Shown here: positions 21,480 to 30,907 of the stretch, in pieces
Layout of the letters: each line of letters begins with the position of its first letter
Position numbering within the stretch: the stretch's first letter is position 1
From: Asterionella formosa
Taxonomy: Eukaryota
Length of the DNA: 58,970 nucleotides
Assembly: GCA_002256025.1 (NCBI GenBank)
Contig: NKIB01013358.1
Coordinates: 1-58,970 of the forward strand
Direction: 5' to 3'
Notes under the pieces: generated by a model
What the model was told of the DNA's origin: nothing
Seen by the model: only the letters and a program-made list of their open reading frames with translations
Database searches by the model: none
Program-made: the position numbers and the translations under genes

Positions 21480-22660
21480 CATGTCAGCTTTCCTCTCATC
21501 TCCTGATTATGATAATGATGAAATTACCATCACATCGCTATTGTTTGCAATGTTCGATCTATCAGTAAGGCAACAAGATGCCATCGTTCAGTATGAGCTT
21601 GACTGTTGATGAGGTCAGAAGCAGAAGCGGCAAAATCCGGCTCCATGATGCACTACAGCTTCCATTGTCAAGTCCATTCTGGACTTTGTTCAACACCAAG
21701 CATGATGATACTGCCATCACTTTGTTTGGGTTCTACCTTGCTTTTTTCGAGCTCCTACGCACACCAGCTATTCAAGCCTTATTTTGATTCCTTTCCTCCC
21801 TTTGCTTGGAAGAAATACGGATTACATTGTTAGAAATTCAACAACCAAGAAAGGTAGGAAAAGATACCTCTGTTCCATCAGTTATCTGGCGCTTGGGTTA
21901 GCATGGACCAGGAATTGTGGTTCCTATATAATTCTTCAAATCATTTTTGGCTTTACTCATGGTTTCTTGAGTGTTTGGTTGAGGTTTTCAAGGGAATGAT
22001 TGTAAAGGTGCTTCTAATAAATGAAGAGGCCATTGAGAGGAGACTGCCTACTGTAGACAAATCTACCTTATTTACAGCCATGATCAATCAGAAATAAACA
22101 TTTATAATAAATTGTTGGGTAGCAATGGATGGTATGAAACTAACCCTGCAATGAGCTGGAAATGAAACCACAAAGCAGAAATGCTTCTACAATGGATGGA
22201 CTCGTGAACAATATGTGACAAACTTCTTGTTTCTTTTTTCGCCTCATGGCAAAATTCGCTGCTCTTATTTCAATACACCTGGTGGTCTCCATGACTCCAA
22301 CATGGCAATTCGGTCATCGATCTATGATCAAATTGAAACTGTTTACAGGGATACAGGTAAAAAGTACTTCTGGATTCAGCATTTGTACCGAAGAAATCAC
22401 ATGCATTGCTGAAATCGCATCAAAATAAGGTCGATGCAAATGGTAATCCTTGACAAAGATTTGGTGTGAATCGCCAAGCGACCTTAATCTGACATCTGTT
22501 GTTGGAATGGGGAATGCGAGTTCTTTAGGGATCATTTCCTAGGATGAAAGACAAAATTCGAGATGAAGAAAAAGGTAAGAGAAAAGCAATACTCCAAATG
22601 ATTGTATTTCTCTATAACTTTTTTGCTAGCAAAGTTGGTCAGAAATAAAATCATTGTTTT
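21480..22660 (+). pseudogene. PIF/Harbinger DDE transposase remnant
   Basis: Fragments AMDGMKL, FYNGWTREQYVTNFLFLFSPHGKI...NTPGGLHDS and EWGMRVL*GSFPRMKDK across frameshifts and stops match the Harbinger (DDE_Tnp_4) pattern. Confidence 0.85.
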
Positions 22661-22837
22661 TCCTTGATGGGGACTGAGTAACCCCAGAAACACCTGGGGT
22701 GCTTACCAGGCAGGTTTACCAAATTTGATCAACTCAAACACAAATTTTTGGGTTATCTGTACAACTATTTGCGTTATAAAAAATTGTGTAAAATGGCTGT
22801 TTTATAGCCCATTCGTACTCCCCTATTTTTAGGCAAG

Positions 22838-23190
22838 TCTTTCATTGTGCCAGCTACTTGCTGACAAGATCTGTGTTTCCCTTGTTTTGTTAGCATAGGT
22901 GAGTCCCCCCAACTGCTACCTTTCATGAAAGCTGGTGATCATCTTAGCCACAGCATTAGGGGATCTCTTCTCTGACTGCCTAGGAAGATGGCAGAAGCTG
23001 CTTGTAGGTGGGGGGGGGGGGGGAAATCAACATTTGATGGAACAAAAGGAGAGCCGGTGGGGGCACTACTGGTAAGGAGTTAAGGAGTGTGGGAGTTGAA
23101 CCCAACAATTGCTTCTCAAAAAATTGCGGGAATCGAACCACACAACCCTCAGATCTAAGGCACTGTGCTGAAAACCACTAAAAGCCATTA
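22838..23190 (-). mobile_element. tRNA-derived SINE-like repeat, family 2, copy B
   Basis: Direct repeat of 21015-21350 (aggtgagtcccc, ggtgatcatcttagc, actgcctagga, gttgaacccaacaattgcttctcaaaaa, aatcgaaccaca). Confidence 0.7.
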
Positions 23191-23351
23191 TTCGCGTACG
23201 ATTTGTGTGATGTAAAAATAATAAAATAATTTATTATTATCAGAGCGCGCCCATTATCGCCTCAAATTAAAACTTTCAGCTGAAAAGTTAGTGTTGCTTC
23301 TTTTCCTTTGCGCTTCGTCCTACGACAAGTGATCGTGCTCGTTTTCTTTCA

Positions 23352-26300
23352 ATGAATTCCGAACTAGAAGCCATAATGAAGCGTCGACGCCGACGAGCAG
23401 ACGGTTATCAATCACCAGGAAGGAACAAGTCGACAAGCGGAGACGAGGGTGACAGTAAGACAGGGGGTCGGAAAGGGAAAGGCTCTCGACGAAAAAACAC
23501 TCTCGAAAAGATCAAAACCATTTCCAAAAGACATCTTACCGATGAATATAGTGGAACAATAGGAGAGGTTTTTAGCATTGAAACGGAAGATCAAAAGCCA
23601 GCCGAAAATCTGAAATACAAAACGACTGGGTTGACGGACGACGAGTATTCCTCCAGTGAAGATGAAGCCGCCTTGGACCAGAACGGAGAAATTCCTGACC
23701 TTTCACCAGAAGATGTTGCTTCTTTGGAAACTGATAATTCTCCATCGTTTCTTCAAGATACCGATGACGATCCGAATTGGAACCTTCCAGTAGGTACTGA
23801 CGCTGTTCTCCCTCCACCGACTGATGACCAGGATTTTGCCAACTTTCAACCTGACTTTGATGCAACTTTTCCTTCAGAAAGTCTAGACGAAGACGAGGAA
23901 CCAGAATATGAACCGCCGCAATTTGAAGATTACGAACCGCCAACCTTTGACGTTTCAGCATTTCCTCAAACTATCGAGCCCATCGACCTTTCTCCGTTGG
24001 AGAACCCGCCTATTCGACCTCCCCCTGAAATTCGCCTTTCGCCTGAAACTTACTTGACAAATTTGAGCTCATGTGCACCAATAATTAATCCAATCACTGG
24101 AAATTTAATTGTCTGTCGCATGCGCAAACATACACTTGTGCTGCACGAAATGGATGTCCACCACTGCATGGAAGTCCTTTCAACGCCAATTTTGAACGGG
24201 GACATGCAGCGTAAGATCCATGCAACATATGGTCTTTCAGCAATTGGAATAACCCAGGTTGTTCGCCTGGCAGCAGGTCTTCATCAATCACAGGGCGTCA
24301 GTCGTGTACGATTGGCAGCTTTGGTTGATTTCGATGTTTTATCACCAAGTGGCAATAGAAAAGTACAAACATGTCTGGCTGTCTGGCAATGGGGGTATGG
24401 TCCGCATCGTCCTGTTGCATTGCAATCGCTTGTCTCGCCTCCAAATCATGCTGACTTCTCTTATCAATCGAATTCGCTTCTGATGGCAGATGGCCTTGTA
24501 TTCTTGAGTGGGTATGCACGATCCAAAGGACCTTGTGTATTTATTGCTCGGCCAACCATGAAAGTTACCTGGTCGGCTAATTTTTTGAATGCATCCCAGC
24601 AGTTGTCTGTCACATGCATGGCCGTGACACCTCATGCACACCGGAAGCACAAATTCCTTGGCATCGGTATGAATGATGGAACCTTGTCGGTGTGGACATA
24701 TGAACATTCCATTGACCGGAAACAAGGGAAAGAGGATTCCATGGTAATTCTTCCCCTCTGTCGATTAGAGGGTTCGAAGTTCATCGGTCAGCAAATACCG
24801 ACCCGTCTATCTGGTGATGATGAGTTGACTACCAAGAAAATTCCAGAAGAGGAGCAGGAAGTGAGATTTTGCACTCATCTCGAATGGAAGTCTCCAGATT
24901 CTAGTTATTCGTCCCTTTTGCTTCTGGTTGCTGCATTTACAGATGGGTTGGCAATCTTTCATGTTTCTTTGCCGATGCTAGTTGACACGACACCTCCTGA
25001 GGACTTGTCTGAACTTGGTAAAGAGAGCAGCAAGGGTAGTGGTATAATTCGGCCGCTGCCGACGCCAAAGAATTCAATGACATTGGAGAAAACCATAGCG
25101 TTGAACCCCTTTGTGGCGACCAGGTGGTCGATTCATATGGATCGCTGTGAAGTAAGCTGGGTGGATCTTGGGCCGCATATGCAACCTACTCTTGCAATCT
25201 GGTTGGAAAAGGCTGAAGTTTCGGCCGCGTGTTTGCTAGGCGTGATTGATTTGCCACCCATGGGCTCGTCTGAAGCGTTGAAACCCTTTAGAGTTCTAGT
25301 TGAGCATTTCTTGCCGTATTCGATAGGTGGCCTTCTGAATACATGCGCGCTGGGATCAATCTGGTGCTACGGGAACGGAAGCATTGAAACATTGACTCCT
25401 GACTTGTCCAACGACGGCTCATTTTTTATATCCTTGCGGAGCCCAACGACATCAGTTCCACACGGCTTAGACTCGGCCGGTTATGTCGCTTTACCGGATA
25501 CGGTGGGTGATCCTGAGGGTGTTCTTCATATATTCTCTGTCGTGCAATGTGGACGACAAGTCTGCCCTGAGCTGCCCTCACTGACACCCAATGCCACTCG
25601 TTTAGATTGGACCACTCCAGTTCTGCGGCACTGGCTTTGCCGCACTCGCGTTGGTGACACCAAGGGTGACCAAGAAATGATAGATGAAGATACAGAGACT
25701 GGTGGCTCCTCTGGTCGTCTCATTTGTGACCTGTCCTTCACTGGATTGACTCCTGTTCGTATCGTACGATGCAAGGGCAGCCCTATTTGCGCTGTGCTCT
25801 TCCAACCCTCCCTTGGAAACTCGCAAGGGATTTCTGTTGACCCCATCTCTTTCACGTTAGTGGATACCACGGATGGATCGATTTTGGACACTCGAGATGG
25901 CCGCGACATTGTTTTCCTCCCGATGGACAATCAGGGTTGTGAGAGAGCATTGGTTCTCGGCCAAGATGGAACTATCATGTACATGCTCCGTCGCCAAAAC
26001 ACTGACGACATCAGCATTGTTTCCTTTGAAGAAGGACCACCGTTCCGTCCGTTGTTGGGATTTGACGCAGGAGACAATTATATTGAATGCCGACGCTTGT
26101 TGGCAGTGTCCGAGAAAGGGAAACAAGGCCTTGTCTTGGCCGGAACTAGGGTATCTGATTCTCAAGTTTGTCTAGTTGCTGGGAATTTTTCTGAACCCGA
26201 CGAAAGCAGCCTTGGTGGATGGACCAGGATGATTCCTAATATGAAAGATGGCTACGTATTATGGTGCAAGCCCGGAGAAGAAATTTTGACGTTGTCAGAA

Positions 26301-29300
26301 CTCCCCCAGTACGAAGAAGGGCGGCGCTGTATTGCTGTTGCTACACAGAGGCGAGTAGCTCTTCTTTCAAATGCCATGACAATTCGGTCTGAGGCGAACG
26401 TGATGCTCTCATCCATTTCTCTGGCATCCATTGGTTCACATTGCGTGTGTTTCTGTTCTCGTGATTTCAAAGTGCGCTACCTCTGTTGCCTTGACGGAAA
26501 ATTTGCCCAGGGAATCATTGCAACATTGCCCACTCCTCGGTATGGTCATTCGCCCTACATGCTGATGGCAATGCGACCAGAACGCTTTCTATACTTCAAA
26601 TATCACGCAGGGACAAGGATGGTCGAAAGGGGCGAAAAGGAAGACTCGGTTGCGCTCCCAACTGCTTTGACGAGGCCTGCAATGTTACTAGAGCCCATGG
26701 TTGCCAATGCATTATGCGAGGCTGATAATCCAGGTGAATCTACCATCCTCCTTCGTGCCGTCGTAGAGAGATTTGGCCGAAAAGTGGGTGCTTTTCCTCA
26801 CGGTGACGACGAGGGGATTGGAAGTGGTGGAACGGGTCTGACGCCCCAAGTCTTGGAATTGTTCTCTGCCTACGGACATAAGCATCCTTCCTCGTGGCTA
26901 CTGACCGGAAACAGCCGATTCGACCGAAACGCGAATAGCAAAGTGCTACCTTCTTGGATGCCAATTGCAAATAAAGCCTTTGCTGCAATTAACTCAGACG
27001 CCAACCTCCATATTGTTGCAACTGGAGACCAATATTTTTCCGAGTACGTCAAATCTCCAGATACAAACATGGCAGCAACATTGCCACGTCAAAGCGACCC
27101 TTCGTCTATCTTTTGTCGTGAGCTTGCTGTGAAGGCAATGATGAATGGTGATGTTGCTGGCGCGCTGAAATTCTTAGATTTGGCTGGATCAGAATCATCT
27201 GATAGTGCGATACTGCAGCTAGTTCTTGCTGCACAGAGTGACCCCTTCGCTGATGTTACTCCTGCCTTAAAGGCTTTGTCGGGGTTCGGGGAAGAAGGAT
27301 ATGGTCGATCATCGTCCTTCAACCACAGTTCCGCCTCGCTAGCTGCGCTTGCTCTGGATCTCCGTACTCGGTCACAAAACGGGACACTTAAACTATGTAA
27401 TGGTGAATTTGAAAAGATGAATGATGCGATATCTCGTCGCTACATAAGACAACTCGCTCCATCAATTCAACGAAGCCACCGAAGTAATCGAGTCCGCCAT
27501 CGACTTATTGGCGAGGAAGCTGTGGATAAAGCCGTCACACGTAAACAAGAGACGAAGGACCCTGACAAGCTTTGGAGTACAGCATGCAATGAGTCCAGGC
27601 ATATTTGGAATGAAGGTCCTTTCAAGGACAAGGAAAATCTGCTTTTGCTGGACCGCATGGAAGAATGGCTGGGTAGGCGTCGCCCAACGATTCTTGGAAA
27701 AGAAGGCGCGGAAATGGCACTTGAGCGAGGTGAAAAGACACTTGCTGATATTTTGAATCGAGCAGACTATGACGATGATTCGTTTGGTGCACACAGCGAA
27801 GAAGGAACTATCGATAATAAAGGAGGCTGGGTTGATGGAATTGGTGAAGGCCGAACCGATGACGACATGCTTTCAGCCTACTTCCGAATGTCTGACGGGG
27901 CGGACGAAGATAGTGCCTGGAGGGCAGAAGGTTTGGCTGACCTCAGCAAGCATAAGAACAAAATAACTATTGTAGACCTTGGGAACACGAGACTGGAAGA
28001 GACAAACTCAAGTGTGGATGAAGGGGAAGCAGGAAAAGTTAAGCTCCTGTATGACATAGTTTTCGACGAACACCACATTGGTGACGCCCCGTCAGGTTTT
28101 TATATACAAGCAGATCGTGGAGGTAGCCTCGACGTTGGGATGCTACACGCCGCAGCACGGGATTCGAGAAAGCGTTGCACACTCGAGTTCTGGTATCACC
28201 TTCCCGCTGCCGATGATGTAACAGAGGAAATAATACTTGCTCGTCGATCGATCAGCTCGAATACGGACGAAGTATCGAAGCTTTGCATTGCCACGGACAG
28301 AGAGTTTGCTCTTTGGGAAGTGGCTGTAAAGCCAACAGGTGAATTGGAATTCAGAACCTGCGGAGGAACTCAGCTGAGCAGCCTCGAAGGCGATGATGAT
28401 GATTTTGGTGGGGGTGACATGATGGGAGATTTCGGCGATGACGACGGCAGCGTTGCCGATGTTAACAATTCCCTCGTCAACTGGGCAAGGAAAGACGGAT
28501 CTGGCGGAGGATGGAATCATCTGGCGATCACATTCAGTTCAAGGCACCAGGACGATATAACTGATTGCCTTGTCACCATTTTCATGAAGGGCATTCGTGT
28601 GGCAGCAACCATCGCGACAATTGACAACATTCCCGGAACCGAAGACGATTTTATTCCAAACAATAGCAATATTGATGACGCAATGCGCAAATCGGTCTTA
28701 ATTTTTTGCATAAACCCTGTCACCGGACTGAGATTCACTGAATTGCGCGTTTGGAGTTGCGAGCGCAGTGAGGATGATATCAAAATGATGATGTACGAAT
28801 ACCTTCGAGCGGCCGAGACCAAGCAAAAGTTCAAGGTTAAGATCCGGAGCAAGCAACGTGCTGATGCTATCGCGGAGAAGTCCCCAAAGAAGACTCGTTT
28901 TGGGTTGGCCCCTCCACTTATGTCTGGCGGGGGTAGATTGCCCCCTCCTCCTGGTGGCGGTACTAAAAGGGCTTTGCTAGCTCCTCCTCCAACTGACACT
29001 GTTAAAGCTGACGATGGATTCTCACCGCCAACCAGAAATTGGCTAAATGACAAGCAGACTGAGTCAGCACCTGCTGCCATGGGAGACGCATTTGGCGGCT
29101 TTCCTAACATGGAGCCTGTAGTACCGAGCAAGCGAGGCGGTGTTAAAGGTCAGCAAAGCTATAAAATGCAAATGGAAGACTTTGGCATGCCACCTCCTCC
29201 AGTCAAGCTCAAGTCTCCCCCTGGTTCGCAAGATAGCACATTTGACTCTGCTTTTGATCCATCTGCTAACTTCTTTCCAGATTTATCAGCCCAACCTATG

Positions 29301-30629
29301 CCTCTTCAATCTGATAGGAATCAGCCTCCTACGCAAGTTCAACTTCATCCTTTCGACCAGCGAAGCAACGAAAGTGGTAGTTTTGGCACTCAGGACTCGG
29401 CAAAAGGTAGAGTCGACATTTGGAAGTCGGGTATCCCGTTGTCAAAGCAAGTCCGCAGCAGCGCGGCAGCTGCCTTGGTCCGTGGTCCTCCAGCTACACG
29501 TCACTTTGGGGGAAATCGTGGAGGTTTGGCTACTTCAGTCGAATACGACCGAACGGTGAACGGAAGCGTTGGAGTGGGATCGATTGCCATTTGTGGTGCG
29601 GAGAAAACTGTTGTCTACAAACAGGATAGAGTACCTCCCGGGAAGACATATCCAATTGGAGCTTCAGGAGCCATTATAAGTGACGAAATGGACAAGGAAG
29701 GAAGCGAATATTTGTGCTGCTTCCTCGCCAAAGATAAGCGTATGGTAGTTTTTGAGCTTTCCACCAAGACTGTGGTCGTCGAGCTTCAAATGACCACGAA
29801 GCTCAATTTCTGGAGATACTTGCCTCCTCAAGCTCATGGCCATACCTTGGTGTTCATGTTGATCACTCCGGTTGGAGGATTTCACTGGATGCCTTTGGAT
29901 GAATCGCCCCGACCTCGTCAAGTCTGGAAGCGTGGTTCAGATCTCCAAGGGAAGAAGATTGTCACATACGAAGAGGGTGGATCAAATGGATTGGTCGGCC
30001 CATTGGCTCGATCGACTGTCGCTCTCTTGTTGGTCTCAACTGCATCTACCGGAACACCTATGGAAGCCTGGCTCATGCCTATATGTGGTGACTCACGAGC
30101 TGTTTGTGTGTCGCACAACGTCTTGGGAACTGCCTTGTTGAGACCATATGTGTTCCATGAAGCGTTCCTTCCTCTGTTGGTTACTGCTGACAAAATGAAC
30201 GAAAAAGATATTATTTTAGAAGTCGCTCCCTTGGTGGAACACATCGGCGGTAGTTCCTTGGGAGTAGGAGACGTTATTACTTGTGCAATTATCGACCAGC
30301 GAAAGGTTCGTAAAATTAACTTACAGCCACCTACCCTGGCTATGGGCACTTGGCCAGAAGTCTTTGTTTGTTGCCATGAGAACATGATTGTTGCTGCAAT
30401 CAGACGCAAGGGTTTGTTGGTGGCATACGAATTCAAGGAAGGTGATTTGTTGTTGATTCGGCAAGAGACTGTCGGTCATTATATTGTCGATGCGGCGATT
30501 CGTGGTGGCGTCGATTGCGATGAAGTCGAGGTCGTTTTACTGCTTTCGGATACAGAGAACACAAGAGATGGTCGTGCCGTTTCTATTACCATCGAGTTTT
30601 CTCAGGTATCGTCGAGGGGAAGCATGTGA
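23352..30629 (+). CDS. 2425-aa putative vesicle-coat protein: WD40/TTRAY(TWD40)-like scaffold + LamG/ConA-like domain + Pro-rich linker + clathrin-terminal-domain-like propeller
   Basis: Single intronless ORF. WD40-like strands (LGIGMNDGTLSVWTY), TWD40-like motifs (GRDIVFL, LLEPMV, LTPQVLEL), LamG-like TLEFWY...WNHLAITF...ELRVWS, and clathrin-like PIGASGAI...FWRYL...GFHW...LQGKKIVTY. CDS is secure; domain calls are by eye. Confidence 0.85.
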   Translation: MNSELEAIMKRRRRRADGYQSPGRNKSTSGDEGDSKTGGRKGKGSRRKNTLEKIKTISKRHLTDEYSGTIGEVFSIETEDQKPAENLKYKTTGLTDDEYSSSEDEAALDQNGEIPDLSPEDVASLETDNSPSFLQDTDDDPNWNLPVGTDAVLPPPTDDQDFANFQPDFDATFPSESLDEDEEPEYEPPQFEDYEPPTFDVSAFPQTIEPIDLSPLENPPIRPPPEIRLSPETYLTNLSSCAPIINPITGNLIVCRMRKHTLVLHEMDVHHCMEVLSTPILNGDMQRKIHATYGLSAIGITQVVRLAAGLHQSQGVSRVRLAALVDFDVLSPSGNRKVQTCLAVWQWGYGPHRPVALQSLVSPPNHADFSYQSNSLLMADGLVFLSGYARSKGPCVFIARPTMKVTWSANFLNASQQLSVTCMAVTPHAHRKHKFLGIGMNDGTLSVWTYEHSIDRKQGKEDSMVILPLCRLEGSKFIGQQIPTRLSGDDELTTKKIPEEEQEVRFCTHLEWKSPDSSYSSLLLLVAAFTDGLAIFHVSLPMLVDTTPPEDLSELGKESSKGSGIIRPLPTPKNSMTLEKTIALNPFVATRWSIHMDRCEVSWVDLGPHMQPTLAIWLEKAEVSAACLLGVIDLPPMGSSEALKPFRVLVEHFLPYSIGGLLNTCALGSIWCYGNGSIETLTPDLSNDGSFFISLRSPTTSVPHGLDSAGYVALPDTVGDPEGVLHIFSVVQCGRQVCPELPSLTPNATRLDWTTPVLRHWLCRTRVGDTKGDQEMIDEDTETGGSSGRLICDLSFTGLTPVRIVRCKGSPICAVLFQPSLGNSQGISVDPISFTLVDTTDGSILDTRDGRDIVFLPMDNQGCERALVLGQDGTIMYMLRRQNTDDISIVSFEEGPPFRPLLGFDAGDNYIECRRLLAVSEKGKQGLVLAGTRVSDSQVCLVAGNFSEPDESSLGGWTRMIPNMKDGYVLWCKPGEEILTLSELPQYEEGRRCIAVATQRRVALLSNAMTIRSEANVMLSSISLASIGSHCVCFCSRDFKVRYLCCLDGKFAQGIIATLPTPRYGHSPYMLMAMRPERFLYFKYHAGTRMVERGEKEDSVALPTALTRPAMLLEPMVANALCEADNPGESTILLRAVVERFGRKVGAFPHGDDEGIGSGGTGLTPQVLELFSAYGHKHPSSWLLTGNSRFDRNANSKVLPSWMPIANKAFAAINSDANLHIVATGDQYFSEYVKSPDTNMAATLPRQSDPSSIFCRELAVKAMMNGDVAGALKFLDLAGSESSDSAILQLVLAAQSDPFADVTPALKALSGFGEEGYGRSSSFNHSSASLAALALDLRTRSQNGTLKLCNGEFEKMNDAISRRYIRQLAPSIQRSHRSNRVRHRLIGEEAVDKAVTRKQETKDPDKLWSTACNESRHIWNEGPFKDKENLLLLDRMEEWLGRRRPTILGKEGAEMALERGEKTLADILNRADYDDDSFGAHSEEGTIDNKGGWVDGIGEGRTDDDMLSAYFRMSDGADEDSAWRAEGLADLSKHKNKITIVDLGNTRLEETNSSVDEGEAGKVKLLYDIVFDEHHIGDAPSGFYIQADRGGSLDVGMLHAAARDSRKRCTLEFWYHLPAADDVTEEIILARRSISSNTDEVSKLCIATDREFALWEVAVKPTGELEFRTCGGTQLSSLEGDDDDFGGGDMMGDFGDDDGSVADVNNSLVNWARKDGSGGGWNHLAITFSSRHQDDITDCLVTIFMKGIRVAATIATIDNIPGTEDDFIPNNSNIDDAMRKSVLIFCINPVTGLRFTELRVWSCERSEDDIKMMMYEYLRAAETKQKFKVKIRSKQRADAIAEKSPKKTRFGLAPPLMSGGGRLPPPPGGGTKRALLAPPPTDTVKADDGFSPPTRNWLNDKQTESAPAAMGDAFGGFPNMEPVVPSKRGGVKGQQSYKMQMEDFGMPPPPVKLKSPPGSQDSTFDSAFDPSANFFPDLSAQPMPLQSDRNQPPTQVQLHPFDQRSNESGSFGTQDSAKGRVDIWKSGIPLSKQVRSSAAAALVRGPPATRHFGGNRGGLATSVEYDRTVNGSVGVGSIAICGAEKTVVYKQDRVPPGKTYPIGASGAIISDEMDKEGSEYLCCFLAKDKRMVVFELSTKTVVVELQMTTKLNFWRYLPPQAHGHTLVFMLITPVGGFHWMPLDESPRPRQVWKRGSDLQGKKIVTYEEGGSNGLVGPLARSTVALLLVSTASTGTPMEAWLMPICGDSRAVCVSHNVLGTALLRPYVFHEAFLPLLVTADKMNEKDIILEVAPLVEHIGGSSLGVGDVITCAIIDQRKVRKINLQPPTLAMGTWPEVFVCCHENMIVAAIRRKGLLVAYEFKEGDLLLIRQETVGHYIVDAAIRGGVDCDEVEVVLLLSDTENTRDGRAVSITIEFSQVSSRGSM

Positions 30630-30907
30630 CTAATGTGATTATTGGCTTACATTGTATCCATTGAAAATATGTATACGTAACTGTTGTTTTCTCCATCTGG
30701 GGCAAGGTCACACACTAAACAAGTGCCTCGAGCTGTAAATAAAAGGTTTTATAAGGCAATACGAGTTTCATATATACTTCATTTCGATGCTTTCAATTGG
30801 CCCAACTATGGAGAATGAGGAAGTAAGGAATATAAAATACATTTTAAAATCCGGACGAAGGGCATTCTTTCTCTTTCTGATTCATCATTAAGGCAGAATT
30901 CCAAATT

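Noticed and set aside
28517..29131. Long antisense ORFs overlapping real genes (also 35195-35911, 38427-38948, 57197-57694)
   Set aside because: Shadow ORFs on the opposite strand of well-supported CDSs, with no independent features.
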